From a virus (lineage: Duplodnaviria > Heunggongvirae > Uroviricota > Caudoviricetes), in the IMG/VR virus record IMGVR_UViG_2675903278_000002: a DNA stretch of 64,000 nt; one strand, 5' to 3'. Positions 29,601-39,302 of the stretch are shown in pieces. The stretch's first letter is position 1, and every line of letters begins with the position of its first letter. Below the pieces are notes generated by a model. That model did no database searches. It saw nothing but the letters and a program-made list of their open reading frames with translations, and had not been told where the DNA came from. Position numbers and translations under genes: made by a program.

Positions 29601-30200
29601 ATGGGCAATCTCATCATTGACGCTGTTAAAGCATCACGTCCGTTCGAAATGAATCCTAAGCGTTCTGCCGAAATCAACGTACTCATGACACGTATGGCGG
29701 CTGAAATGGGCTTGGGTGAGGAGTTGATACGCCCGACTATTGGTATTAAACCCAAAATCATGATCATTCTGGACAATGCGAACGGCAATGACGCTCGTAC
29801 CGGCTACTTCATGGAGAACGGATACGACGACTTTAAGGCAAAACTACTGACAGTTGGAGATCTGCGCATGGGCGATCTTTATGTCACGGGTGTTTGTAAG
29901 AAGGTTAAAGACAAAGAGAAAGACTATACCAAAGACGAGATAGGCCAGTTCACAGACTTTATGCGGGAAGAAATTAATCTTGTACGACCAACCTACATTT
30001 TGACGTGTGGTAGTCGTTCAACCGCACTATTTAACAATAAGAGTAAACCATCAGATCTGATTGGTCGTAAGGAGTACTTCCCAGAGCTTGATGCAACCGT
30101 CTTCTACGGATTTAACCCGAATATCCTGTACTTCCGACCGGAAGAAGGAGAGCGACTGGAGGCCATTCTGGCTGATATCGCGGAGACAATAAATAAGTAA
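26682..30200 (+). CDS. dnaE: DNA polymerase III alpha subunit (DnaE-type) with N-terminal PHP domain
   Basis: 1172 aa; catalytic-core motif GRGSSAGSLVAWCIGITNVDP and FERFINPER characteristic of DnaE; ATG preceded by AAAAACACATG. Confidence 0.9.
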   Translation: MKALMVRTDFSLGESALKAENAVKIAREAGYTAVISADSMNIASVIPLQRAAGDDMAVICGVKLNIVDDPTYEHRAKLAKESMRCMESLERGRNYSFTALIKNEQGYRDICELMTAANTREQFYFVPRLSLEQLVSTYAKGNIILLTSDIGSVFQRNDFAKIISTLITAGGKDNFYSVVYPHPTPFYDQINVRAMKVASALKIEPVAFYPAYYESIDDADIKDIAHMVTNNIKIDQPHRLRIPHQRDNAVNGRRHLLEALKAFSVRMDVPVTAAMASTTQDTIIDSCTWRWHELPPALPKMADDEPATLMKLAVAGLRKRLTTKEFGYTPPASENRVYVERLKYEMDTLTRLGFCGYFLMVRDLMNHSRETGIPVGPGRGSSAGSLVAWCIGITNVDPIRHGLLFERFINPERLDLPDADLDFSQARRHEVIEYLNERYGEDYVAGIPNFTYLGAASALRDTARIYGVESADMAVSKELKNAEDDSLPLEELREQLASLDKYATKYPDAFNAACKLQSLMRGFGRHAAGMIVAGVPLTERTPVERRGDARCIAFDKRYCEAMGLIKLDVLGLATLDLLDSAKRYIKENTGEDINLDAISLEDRKVLDGFAAGYTQGVFQLESGPMRKLLKDLGGGIEPMSFKTVVATTALFRPGPIQSGMLDDYVSVAKGFMTPESLHPVLDELTAETNGVILYQEQTMNATRLLAGFTMAEADAVRSAIGKKNMEKMKSMGEKFIVQAQAGWIDVELEDGTTQRIHRAEHFKCEDGTLKTVEEALEHGAKLPINAVRVTASHPGLSEMKAKEIWTAFEKNGAYQFNKSHSVAYSLISYQSMWLKTHYPAEFFAAALTILGEDKHQGLVKDALTYGIRVLPPDVNVSSNRIEIRTLEDGSQALYAPFSAVKGCSENGCQAIMRAREKVGGKFESVAQFDEAVEKRACNSRVRESLHKVGAFASIEPGSLPATDPERLRDQAELMGNLIIDAVKASRPFEMNPKRSAEINVLMTRMAAEMGLGEELIRPTIGIKPKIMIILDNANGNDARTGYFMENGYDDFKAKLLTVGDLRMGDLYVTGVCKKVKDKEKDYTKDEIGQFTDFMREEINLVRPTYILTCGSRSTALFNNKSKPSDLIGRKEYFPELDATVFYGFNPNILYFRPEEGERLEAILADIAETINK

Positions 30201-30205
30201 TAAAG

Positions 30206-30232
30206 AAAACCCGCCTGTTGGCGGGTTTATAA
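30206..30232 (+). terminator. Terminator hairpin downstream of the polymerase gene
   Basis: AACCCGCC-TGTT-GGCGGGTT hairpin followed by T-rich tail. Confidence 0.6.
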
Positions 30233-30503
30233 AGAATTATGGCGCTTGTTGAGGAAGTCACTCCTCTTACGCACTTTGTTTTGCCATGCCGGCAGTTAGC
30301 TTCTGCCTTTGACTATTCATGCGGCAACCCCGCATTTCGCCACAATGGGCAATTCACTTTTATGGAATAAACTGGCCGTTGTGTCGATTTAATTAGCATG
30401 GCCTTACCATGCTAATTTATTCAACTTGTACAATCCTGCAAATCTATCCACTCAGGCTTACACCGTCTTCGTTATTGTAGAAATGAGGATCATCAGCGTT
30501 GAA

Positions 30504-30719
30504 TCAGCTTAGAGCAACGACATTTGCTGCTGCTGGGCCTTTAGCCCCATTCTCGATAGAGAATTCGACCTGCTGGCCTTCTTCCAAAGTGCGGAAATTA
30601 TTACTCTGAATTGCCGAAAAATGTACAAAAACATCTTTACTGCCATCAGCAGGAGAAATAAAGCCAAAGCCTTTATCAGAGTTAAACCATTTTACTAAAC
30701 CAGTCATTTTATTAGACAT
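30504..30719 (-). CDS. cspA: Cold-shock protein (CspA family)
   Basis: [21 protein letters not shown]... RNP1-like motif; 71 aa from the internal ATG at 30719. Confidence 0.85.
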   Translation of the reverse strand: MSNKMTGLVKWFNSDKGFGFISPADGSKDVFVHFSAIQSNNFRTLEEGQQVEFSIENGAKGPAAANVVALS

Positions 30720-31048
30720 AGATATTACCTTCTTAATTTTGTGAGCCACATAGTGCGGCGAGAATTTGATCTGTATAGATTGGGACTTACTTAGGCACTT
30801 AAGGAGGAGACTCACGAAGAAGGGAAATCAGAAGATAACACTGAACTGAGACTGCTTTACTAAAACTGCTTACATAAGGTCTGTCTTGCAAACCAACGAT
30901 GCTATTAACGCATACCCCTTCTTTTCATGCAACCTTTATTTTTCAAAGATAACTAATTTTTGTCACCATTGGTTTAGTAAACGTTAACGAACCAGACGAT
31001 GCCAGACACCTTTACAGAGAACAGATGCCCGCCAATTGGCGGGCATCA

Positions 31049-31612
31049 TTATGCGCATTTCGCAATATCTTTGCGGCGTTTAATCAGTTTCTCCGCAATT
31101 TGCTCTATTTCGTTGAAATCTTTCGAGACGCTGTTTCGAAGCGCCAGATTCCATTTACTCAAAGTTCGGGCATTTTGGACAATTTGATCGCCCTCTTTAA
31201 GTCGTCCGTTATTCATGAGCCATTCAGCCACATCAGCCCAATCCCAGAGAGGAGACTGGCCTTTTATGCGTTGTACAGGGCAAGGGAAGTCGCCGCTTCC
31301 GCGCTTACCGTCTTTGAGCAACGCCACTGCCTGGCGAGACAGGTCTGTCAGTTCCGCGATATCGCTTAAGCCCACAAGAGCCGAGTCGACGGATTCAACA
31401 ATTGCACCGATACCGGCTGATTCAATATTGTCGACCGCAGATGCGATAGCTGCATCAAGTGATTGTGCTTCGCGGTCAAATTCTACATAGACGGAGTTTC
31501 CATATGCGCAAATTAGCGCATCGTCACAGCCGTTTTGGTACAGCGCGTCTTCCAGTCCTTCCGTCTCATACGATACGCCTGAGAGCGTCAGAGTGAAGTT
31601 ATAAAGCGCCAT
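31049..31612 (-). CDS. Hypothetical protein; second gene of a minus-strand two-gene operon
   Basis: AAGGA RBS 5 nt before the ATG at 31612; no motif assigned with confidence. Confidence 0.45.
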   Translation of the reverse strand: MALYNFTLTLSGVSYETEGLEDALYQNGCDDALICAYGNSVYVEFDREAQSLDAAIASAVDNIESAGIGAIVESVDSALVGLSDIAELTDLSRQAVALLKDGKRGSGDFPCPVQRIKGQSPLWDWADVAEWLMNNGRLKEGDQIVQNARTLSKWNLALRNSVSKDFNEIEQIAEKLIKRRKDIAKCA

Positions 31613-31672
31613 AGTTTTCCTTTGAAGATAGTTGGACAGTTTCTGCAAAAGGCGGCTAATGCCGCCTTGAAA

Positions 31673-31897
31673 TCATTTACAACGATCAACCATTCGTTTG
31701 ATCTGTTTGGCATGGTTTTCGGGATTACCCGGAGTCGACCATACGCTCATTTGGTGAGTTTTGTGTTCACCTTCTGGATTACCGCATCGCAGTCTGCAAA
31801 AACAATGTGCAGCACCACCAGCTGCTACCCAGATCCAGCCTTTACTTAATGCATAGTCAATGGCTGCTTGAATATGCTTATTCGGATGTTGCTTCAT
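31673..31897 (-). CDS. Small protein (74 aa), weakly HicA-like; toxin candidate
   Basis: MKQ... start and segments KGWIWVAAGGAAH / SVWSTPGNP loosely resemble HicA; precedes a larger gene in the same operon. Confidence 0.35.
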   Translation of the reverse strand: MKQHPNKHIQAAIDYALSKGWIWVAAGGAAHCFCRLRCGNPEGEHKTHQMSVWSTPGNPENHAKQIKRMVDRCK

Positions 31898-32150
31898 TCG
31901 CCTCCGATAATAGTATTCTATTCACAGTGTTGACATCTGTCAACGGCGACTGAATTTCATCCGTTCATGCCACACCCCCATCCATCTCATGTATGTGACC
32001 TAAAGATGGTCAGCACAGCTTACCAAAATAAGACAACTAATTATCTTCGGTGATCTCAATATTTCCCCTGAACAAAGTTGACATGACGCCATAAACCCGT
32101 TCTCTGTTTGATATAATTGATACAGATTTTATAAGTAGGAACCTATTAGA

Positions 32151-32582
32151 GTGAACACTGATATTTTTTCTAAAATCATGGCCGATCTGGAGTTCGACCG
32201 CGACAACCTTGAGGAAGTATGGCGTAAACAGCCACGGCTTTTAATGGAGTATGGGTCAAAACTAGCGCAGGCAGATCGAGATGTCGCAGAGGCAAAACTT
32301 AACCTTGAAGCTGTTGAAGCAAAGCTATACGACACAGAGCGTAAGAACTTGAGTATGAACGGCATTAAGTTTAACGAGTCTGTACTGGACGCTAAGGTTA
32401 AAACAAACCCACAGTATCTGTCTAAACGGCAGAAGTTGGATGAAGCACGGCACATCGCAGACATATACAAACATGCTGTCGCCGCCTTTTCGCATCGCCG
32501 AGACATGATCGTTCAGGCGTCAAAGATGGCCATCGTTGAATTAGAGCGATTAGGCTCTGAACGCTTTATTACTCCCCGTTGA
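32151..32582 (+). CDS. Hypothetical coiled-coil protein (GTG start)
   Basis: 143 aa ORF; charged helical composition. Confidence 0.4.
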   Translation: MNTDIFSKIMADLEFDRDNLEEVWRKQPRLLMEYGSKLAQADRDVAEAKLNLEAVEAKLYDTERKNLSMNGIKFNESVLDAKVKTNPQYLSKRQKLDEARHIADIYKHAVAAFSHRRDMIVQASKMAIVELERLGSERFITPR

Positions 32583-32699
32583 TTTTTGATAGATAATAAG
32601 TAAGTACTGATCTATCATCTAACAGCTCGAAAGAGCCACGAATGAACGAAAGCCCAACGCGCATAGCGCCATCGGCCAAATCACAACAAGGAGAAACAC

Positions 32700-33728
32700 A
32701 TGTCTAAGACATTACTTGATTTGCTTAACAAAACTCGTGAAGACATTGCCGCCAAACGTGGCAACAACGTTGATCTGACTCGCTTAAAAGACGGCGTCAA
32801 CTATATCCGCATCTTCCCGAATAAAGACGACCCAAACGGTAAGTTCTTCCAGACTTTCGGTATGCACTACGTTAAGTATCAGAACGAGGAAGGTAAAGAA
32901 GCAACCAACGCTTATATTTGTGAGCAACATACTCACGGTCGCGCTTGTCAGCTATGCGAAATGGTTATGGAAGGTCGCGCTCGTCACAAGGGTAACAAAG
33001 CAATGGAAGAACGCATCGGTCAAATGCGTGCCACTCCTCGCTACCTGGTCAACGGCATTCTTTCTGCTCGTGAGGATTTCGCAGATGCTGAGAAATGCCA
33101 GTTAATCGAGCTGCCGTCTACTGTATTCGATGATATCTGCAAAGCAATCACCGAAGACATCGCTGATGATATCGGCAATCCACTGAGCAAAGAGGAAGGC
33201 TACGCATTCCTGATTAAACGTACTGGCTCTGGTCGCGATACCAAATATGACGTCTCGCCTAAGCGTAAAGTCTACAAAGGCGATATCGAAGATAAATTCT
33301 GGAACACCCAGCATGATCTGATCGCATACGCAAATCAGGCTGATGAAACTCGTCTTCTGTCGACAGTTCGCACTATGGGTCGTCTGATTGGCATCGCTGC
33401 ACCAACTGCCGCAGCATCTGCACCAGCAATTTCCTCAACCGCGAAAACATCGGCTGCGGCACTACCTGGATTTGGCTCTGTCACTGGTCATACGGAGGGT
33501 GCGACTGCTGTAGCAACCGCTCACACCCCAGCTTCTGAACCAACCAGTCTGGTTGATGAAGAAATCCTCCGTGCCGTTGAAACTGAATTTAAACCAGAAG
33601 CAAGTTCCGCTGCCGTTGCCGTATCAGTCAAAGAGTCTGAAGCAGTCGCAGCGACATCTGTAGCAGCCGCATCTGCGACGGAAGACGAAGGTCTGGATGA
33701 CCTACTGAGAGAGCTGGACTCTCTGTAA
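32700..33728 (+). CDS. Single-stranded DNA-binding protein, T4 gp32-like
   Basis: NYIRIFPNKDDPNGKFFQTFGMHYVK and His/Cys cluster CEQHTHGRACQLCE resemble the gp32 core and zinc site; Ala/Ser-rich acidic C-terminal tail. Confidence 0.65.
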   Translation: MSKTLLDLLNKTREDIAAKRGNNVDLTRLKDGVNYIRIFPNKDDPNGKFFQTFGMHYVKYQNEEGKEATNAYICEQHTHGRACQLCEMVMEGRARHKGNKAMEERIGQMRATPRYLVNGILSAREDFADAEKCQLIELPSTVFDDICKAITEDIADDIGNPLSKEEGYAFLIKRTGSGRDTKYDVSPKRKVYKGDIEDKFWNTQHDLIAYANQADETRLLSTVRTMGRLIGIAAPTAAASAPAISSTAKTSAAALPGFGSVTGHTEGATAVATAHTPASEPTSLVDEEILRAVETEFKPEASSAAVAVSVKESEAVAATSVAAASATEDEGLDDLLRELDSL

Positions 33729-33743
33729 TCCCATTACGTGACC

Positions 33744-33775
33744 AGTAAGGCGTCTACGGACGCCTTACTTTTTGG
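33744..33775 (+). terminator. Rho-independent terminator (GTAAGGCGTC-TACG-GACGCCTTAC + TTTTT)
   Basis: Read directly; member of a shared AGGCGTC...GACGCCT terminator family with 36079..36108 and 37217..37246. Confidence 0.7.
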
Positions 33776-33787
33776 AAGGAATGTACC

Positions 33788-34733
33788 GGTGAATTATCTC
33801 TTCGTAGATGGCAATAGCCTGGGTTATTACCACCAACAATCTGACAAATTGCACAACGGCGAAATGGAAGTACAGGCTGCTTTCGGCTTTGTTAAGAACG
33901 TCCGTCGTTATGCCTCCATCCTCCATGCCCGACCTATGATTCTTTGGGATGGATTTAGTGACAAGCGTCGCGACTTTTACCCGGACTACAAAGCAAATCG
34001 CGACGACGATCCTGATATGAAAAAGATGAAGGAAGGCTTTGCTATCCAGAAGCCATACATCCTCAAAATGATGACCGCGCTTGGAGTTACCCAACTCATT
34101 GCAAAAGATGCAGAAGCGGATGATCTGGCCGGGCTGCTGGTATCCCGCATGGCACCGCAGCCAACCGTTGAACACATCTATCTGTTAACAGGCGATAGCG
34201 ACTGGCTTCAGTTAGTTCGTGAAAACGTAAGCTGGGTAAGCCTGCGTGAAGACGCCAAAAACAAGCAGGTTAATTTTGAGCAATTTGCGGAGCTGACAGG
34301 ATTCGCCACGCCTCGCGCATTTTTGGAAGCAAAAGCATTACAAGGCGATAACTCGGACAACATTAGCGGTGTTGGTGGCATTGGTGCTGGCGGTGCGAAA
34401 GAGCTGCTGCATGAATGGGGAAGTGTCGCAACGATGGTACGCGGCATCAACGACGGCTCAATCGTGGTTAATAAAGGGCGTCATAAGACCGCCTTCAACA
34501 AACTAGCGAAGAATGCCTTCAACGAGAAAACAGGCTGTCGAATGCTCGAAGCGTTCAAGAGAAACATCACGCTAATGAACCTGATTGAGACGAAGTTTCC
34601 GCCTACCGAAATCGAAACAATCAAAGGCAATCGTGACGTGAAAGCATTCGAGCAACTGTGCTACGAGCTGAATTTCCGTTCGTTCCTTGAAGACCTTGAA
34701 GTGTTTGTTCTTCCATTCGAAAGGTATTGCTAA
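33788..34733 (+). CDS. 5'-3' exonuclease / flap endonuclease (FEN, T4 RNase H / T5 D15-like)
   Basis: PIN-like motifs DGNSLGYY, AEADDLAG, LTGDSDWLQL and H3TH-like GVGGIGAGGAKELL; GTG 33788 chosen because the annotated ATG 33738 lies upstream of and runs through the terminator hairpin. Confidence 0.7.
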
Positions 34734-34999
34734 TGCTTAAATCGATTATCAATGGCGCTACAACCACCCCTGCCCAACTGGCAAAAGAGATTGTCTTTTA
34801 TCACGGTGAGTACGCTGTCATCGCACTGCCGTCAATTCTAGGCGCTGCCGGAATGAAAGCGACAGATCGCGAGTTTGGATTAGTCAGCGAGCAGGTCGTA
34901 AAAATCCTCGCTCGTGTATCCAGACTCCTTAACCACGATGCGATTGTATTCGATGAATCCGCCGCTTTAAAACGAATCAACGAAACAAAAGGAGCCTGA
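34727..34999 (+). CDS. Hypothetical protein
   Basis: 90 aa ORF overlapping the FEN stop. Confidence 0.4.
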   Translation: MLMLKSIINGATTTPAQLAKEIVFYHGEYAVIALPSILGAAGMKATDREFGLVSEQVVKILARVSRLLNHDAIVFDESAALKRINETKGA

Positions 35000-35001
35000 T
35001 C

Positions 35002-36075
35002 ATGGCAAAAGGAAAATCCGCACTGGCACTTGCTCTGAAAAAGAAAATCGGTAGCAACGACGAAATTCAGAAAGTAACTCATTGGATTGATACAGGCTTT
35101 CCACCGTTAAACAAAGCTATTTCTGGTCGTTACGATGGCGGCTTCCCATGTGGTCGTATCGTCGAAGTATTCGGTCCTCCAAGTGCAGGGAAAACGTTCC
35201 TTGCAACAGCAGCGATGATCTCCGCTCAAAAACAAGATGGTCTGGCGGTATTCCTCGATCATGAAAACAGTTTTGACGTTGGCCTGGCTGTAGCCAATGG
35301 CCTGAACGCAGATGAGGATGACGGTCAGTGGGTATACAAGCAGCCAGATACCTTCGAAGACTCTGTAGAGTTGATCGGCACAATACTTAAATTGGTTCGT
35401 GATGAAGAGCTTATCCCCGAATCAGCACCTATCTGTATCGTGGCTGACTCTCTTGCGTCTATGGTTCCGAACTCCAAAGCCGAGAAGTTCGAAAAGATGG
35501 CTGAAGGCACTGCCAAAGACAAAGATCAGCTAAACATGAACGACAATACGGCACTGGCTCGTGCGACGAGTGCGAACTTCCCTACTCTGGCTTTGTGGGC
35601 ACGCAAATACAACGCCTGCATCATCTTCTTGAATCAGGTTCGCACAAAAATCGGTGTAATGTTTGGCGACCCTACTACGTCGCCAGGTGGAGATTCACCG
35701 AAGTTCTACGCTTCTGTACGTATCCGTCTTGGTGCATCGGTGATGAAGGATGGTAAAGAGAAGATCGGCCAGGACGTAGGCGCAGAATGCATCAAAAACA
35801 AAGTTGCACCACCGTATGGCAAATGCACCTGGAAATTCTACTTCGATCCTACTCGTGGCCTCGACGTTATCGAATCGCTCGTCGAGTACATGCTGGAAGA
35901 AGGATACCTGCCAAAGAACGCCAGCGGGCGAGTTGAAATTGGTGACAAGAAATACACCAAATCGCAGATCGTTGAGATGTATCGGGAGAAGCCACTGGCT
36001 GAAATCATTGCGGCTTTGCAGGCAATCGACGACCGAAGAGCAAAAGACAACCCCACCGAGTCAGTAGAAGAGTAA
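35002..36075 (+). CDS. RecA-family recombinase (RecA/UvsX-like)
   Basis: Walker A GPPSAGKTFLA and RecA-like core; 357 aa. Confidence 0.8.
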   Translation: MAKGKSALALALKKKIGSNDEIQKVTHWIDTGFPPLNKAISGRYDGGFPCGRIVEVFGPPSAGKTFLATAAMISAQKQDGLAVFLDHENSFDVGLAVANGLNADEDDGQWVYKQPDTFEDSVELIGTILKLVRDEELIPESAPICIVADSLASMVPNSKAEKFEKMAEGTAKDKDQLNMNDNTALARATSANFPTLALWARKYNACIIFLNQVRTKIGVMFGDPTTSPGGDSPKFYASVRIRLGASVMKDGKEKIGQDVGAECIKNKVAPPYGKCTWKFYFDPTRGLDVIESLVEYMLEEGYLPKNASGRVEIGDKKYTKSQIVEMYREKPLAEIIAALQAIDDRRAKDNPTESVEE

Positions 36076-36078
36076 ACA

Positions 36079-36108
36079 CAAGGCGTCCACAGGACGCCTT
36101 TTTTATCT
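36079..36108 (+). terminator. Rho-independent terminator
   Basis: AAGGCGTCC-ACAG-GACGCCTT + TTTTAT. Confidence 0.75.
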
Positions 36109-36167
36109 CTTGAAAATATATAAGTACTTACTTATTATTTTCGCATAACAACCACATAGGAAAACAC

Positions 36168-36368
36168 ATGATCAAAATCTATCTATTGGCAGTAACCACA
36201 GGCCTTTCAGTGGCTCTCATCTACGGTTTACTGGTTCCGTCGCTGATTTCTACCAAGAGTGATTTAGCCGTCATGTTTGGAGTTATCGTTGGTTTTGGTG
36301 CTCCTGTAATCGGTCTTATTGCTGGTCGTAAGTTTATCAACTCATTAATCAAAGCAAAGGGGAAATAA
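36168..36368 (+). CDS. Small two-helix membrane protein
   Basis: 66 aa hydrophobic ORF; ATG preceded by GGAAAACACATG. Confidence 0.45.
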   Translation: MIKIYLLAVTTGLSVALIYGLLVPSLISTKSDLAVMFGVIVGFGAPVIGLIAGRKFINSLIKAKGK

Positions 36369-36371
36369 GTA

Positions 36372-37202
36372 ATGAAGAAAGGTTTACTTGCAGTTGCTCT
36401 GGCGGCTATTTGCACAATGGGTCTTACTGGCTGCGATCGCGTGGAGCCTGGATACGTTGGCATCAAAGTAAACAAATTAGGTGAAGACAAAGGGATTGGT
36501 GAAGTGGTTGGCGTTGGTCGCCAATGGACAGGTCTTAACACCGAACTTTACGTATTCCCGACCTTCAAACAAATGAAGACCTACGACGAGCCGTTCACAT
36601 TCCAGATGAGTGACGGTACTGCTATTGGTCACAAAATTGGCGTTGCGTATCTGGTTAATCGTGACAAGGTAACGACGGTGTTCCAGACCTATCGCAAAGG
36701 CGTAGACGATATCACCGAATCAGATCTGCGTCAGAAAATTGCCGACTCTCTAAACCGTTTGGCCAGCCGTATGACCACTGACTCATTTATCGACGGTGGT
36801 AAGGCACAATTGCTGGACAACGCACTGAAAGATATTCAGAAAGAGATGTCTCCGGTTGGTATTGAGGTACTGAGCCTGTCATGGGTTGGAAAGCCTGATT
36901 ACCCAAAAACTGTCATTGAATCTATTAACGCCAAAGTAACGGCTAACCAGCGTACTCTGCAACGTCAGCAGGAAGTTGAACAACGTAAAGCTGAGGCGAA
37001 TATGCTACGTGAACAGGCTAATGGTGAAGCTGATGCTATCCGTGCTCGTGCGCAAGCAGAAGCAGACGCCATTCGTCTGCGCGGTGAAGCTCTGCGTCAA
37101 AACCCGAACGTTATGGAACTGGAAGCCATCAATAAATGGAATGGCCAGTTACCGCAGTACATGACTCAAGGGGCTAACACTCCTTTCATTACAGTGAAAT
37201 AA
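36372..37202 (+). CDS. SPFH/band-7 domain lipoprotein
   Basis: Signal peptide with lipobox LTGC; SPFH-like core and C-terminal coiled coil rich in EA/RA repeats. Confidence 0.6.
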   Translation: MKKGLLAVALAAICTMGLTGCDRVEPGYVGIKVNKLGEDKGIGEVVGVGRQWTGLNTELYVFPTFKQMKTYDEPFTFQMSDGTAIGHKIGVAYLVNRDKVTTVFQTYRKGVDDITESDLRQKIADSLNRLASRMTTDSFIDGGKAQLLDNALKDIQKEMSPVGIEVLSLSWVGKPDYPKTVIESINAKVTANQRTLQRQQEVEQRKAEANMLREQANGEADAIRARAQAEADAIRLRGEALRQNPNVMELEAINKWNGQLPQYMTQGANTPFITVK

Positions 37203-37216
37203 CTCCCCTAAAAAGT

Positions 37217-37246
37217 TCAGGCGTCCAGTTGGACGCCTTTTTTATC
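37217..37246 (+). terminator. Rho-independent terminator
   Basis: CAGGCGTCC-AGTT-GGACGCCT + TTTTTTAT. Confidence 0.75.
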
Positions 37247-37293
37247 GCAATTATCTTATTAAGAAAACAATTTGTTTAAAAGGATAAGAAAAC

Positions 37294-37719
37294 ATGACAG
37301 CTATTAAGAAACTCTACGATGCCGCAAACGTGGCTCTGGATGTTATTGATGATGAAGTAGCAAAAGGCTTTCCTGAACCTGATTGGGCGCATCAGCTACG
37401 AAACGCTATCGCAGAAATGACCCCACCAGATCCAACCCCCGACGAGACAGACTGGCAGCGATTCATCCGTATGTACGCTCAGGAAATAGGTCCAACGCCA
37501 ACGGCAGAGCAGGCAATGCTGCTGAAATACTTCAAAGAGGCGGGAGAGGATTTACCAATTGATGACTCAGCATATTGGTTCCACTGCGCATGGCGTAAGT
37601 ATGACGTGATATTCACACAAGGCATGGGAAGCAAAGATATGGTTGTGTGGCATCTACTCCATATAGACACAGCCGTTGACAGAGTTATTGAACAGTTTTT
37701 CCCTAAACAAGAAGATTGA
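37294..37719 (+). CDS. Hypothetical protein
   Basis: 141 aa ORF; upstream AAACAATTTGTTT palindrome and AAAACATG start context. Confidence 0.5.
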   Translation: MTAIKKLYDAANVALDVIDDEVAKGFPEPDWAHQLRNAIAEMTPPDPTPDETDWQRFIRMYAQEIGPTPTAEQAMLLKYFKEAGEDLPIDDSAYWFHCAWRKYDVIFTQGMGSKDMVVWHLLHIDTAVDRVIEQFFPKQED

Positions 37720-37774
37720 TCGCCTATTCATAACTAACAAAATAAGTAAACACTAACCACAAAAGGAAAAACAC

Positions 37775-38050
37775 ATGAGAGTTTTAGTTCGAATCGTTAC
37801 CAGCACTGTCTATGACGTGTTTCCGCTTTTTATGGTCAAAGCCGATGGCCTTAACGACGAAGAAACTGACGCGCTGATCCAGCGTATTCTCGTTGAATAT
37901 ACAGGTCATGACGCTGATTCAGTGATGGTTGATGATGATGGTGTTTGTTGGCATAACGGCAACTGTTGGTACGTAGAAGAGACTCAACAAATCAGTGATG
38001 AAGATGCCGAACATCTTGAGCGTATTTTAAGCATCAGCACTTTTGAGTGA
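37775..38050 (+). CDS. Hypothetical acidic protein
   Basis: 91 aa ORF with GGAAAAACACATG start context. Confidence 0.5.
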   Translation: MRVLVRIVTSTVYDVFPLFMVKADGLNDEETDALIQRILVEYTGHDADSVMVDDDGVCWHNGNCWYVEETQQISDEDAEHLERILSISTFE

Positions 38051-38265
38051 GTTTACAGTAAAATTTATATAAGTTAGTATCTACCTATCATGAAGATTTT
38101 TATTGAATACTTGTTACTCATCGTTTCAATAGCTTTTGTCATCGACTGCATTTTCACTGGTGTCATTCGTAAAGTCTTTTCCCCGGTGCACGACGTAGTC
38201 ATAAACGCTTTGGCTATCGTGCTCGTATTTAATTCAGCATTTGATGTAATCAAAGAGGTGGCAGC

Positions 38266-38601
38266 ATGAAGGCCATCCCATTCGCGCTGTTGTTCCTTTC
38301 TTCGATCGTTGTGGCCGACACCACTGTTTATCAGTGTGAAATGTCTGTAGCCGACGTTAAGAATGGCGCTCTTACCGACGTCATAAAAGCACCATATGGA
38401 GCGATGGTCGTAGACAGCGGCGACCAGTTCTATGTTGTGCGTGACGATCGAGTGTTGTCATCCCCATATCTCACAAATCGTAATGGCAAATTAACCGGCG
38501 TCGGAGAAGACCACTTCGTATACAACAAATACAAGGGCTTCTATGGCGTTCACGCTTCTCAGCAAAGCTACCTTTTCGATGACTGCAAGGAGGTTGGATA
38601 A
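38266..38601 (+). CDS. Hypothetical secreted protein
   Basis: N-terminal signal-peptide-like MKAIPFALLFLSSIVVA. Confidence 0.45.
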   Translation: MKAIPFALLFLSSIVVADTTVYQCEMSVADVKNGALTDVIKAPYGAMVVDSGDQFYVVRDDRVLSSPYLTNRNGKLTGVGEDHFVYNKYKGFYGVHASQQSYLFDDCKEVG

Positions 38602-38813
38602 TGGCATTAACACTGGCAGGTCTGGAAATCGAGAAAACAAGCGGCTACTGGCGTGCTAAGGGTTTCAAGCAGCCTGGCATTCTTGAGCGTCTGGAACGTG
38701 AAGATGGGTATATCGTCCACCAGCGGCGTGAATGGCGTATGTACGATCCAGAAACAGGAAAACTGACTACAAAAGCCGGAACACTTTGGGGTCTGTTGAA
38801 GAAAATACACTAA
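38601..38813 (+). CDS. Hypothetical protein
   Basis: 70 aa ORF with start overlapping the upstream stop. Confidence 0.35.
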   Translation: MALTLAGLEIEKTSGYWRAKGFKQPGILERLEREDGYIVHQRREWRMYDPETGKLTTKAGTLWGLLKKIH

Positions 38814-38821
38814 TAGCACCA

Positions 38822-39300
38822 ACCACTGCGGTGAGTAGTCTGCTCACCGCATTCGTATCCAGCTCATTATCCACTGTAGTCAGTAACAAAACCTTCCTAC
38901 ATATCTGCTAACCACTGTAGCGAGTAGACAGCCTTTCATTCGCATCAAACAACCACTATGGTGAGTATTGGAGTGAGATGTCCAGCGGGTATCCACTATG
39001 GTGAGTAAGCCTTTGCTGTTTTCAGTGGATATCCACTCGCCACAGTGGATACGCTCAAAGATGAGGGCGACAACAACCACTATAGACAGTAAATTTTCCA
39101 AGATACCCAGTGACCACTAACCTCGCAGCCCTTGTTTCATCAGTGTTAGTGATCACTAACATTTAATTCAGTATTTGCATTCTACTGCCTACAGTGGTTA
39201 TCAACAGATAACGATACTCACTATAGTGGATAGCGAATTACAGATATAAGTAAGGCTCACTACAGTGGATAGTGAGCCTTACTACTAACTACAGTGGTTG
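38822..39300. repeat. Iteron array downstream of the rep gene (copy-control, incA-like): roughly ten copies of CTATAGTGGAT / CCACTATAG-type repeats in both orientations
   Basis: Direct reading: CCACTGTAGTGAGTAG, CCACTATGGTGAGTA, ATCCACTATGGTGAGTAAG, CTCACTATAGTGGATAGCG, CTCACTACAGTGGATAGTGAG and others. Confidence 0.75.
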
Positions 39301-39302
39301 GG

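Noticed and set aside
33738-33787. Annotated ATG start of the FEN gene at 33738
   Set aside because: The first 16 codons would span a strong rho-independent terminator that ends the upstream SSB gene; GTG 33788 with a GGAAGG RBS is more plausible
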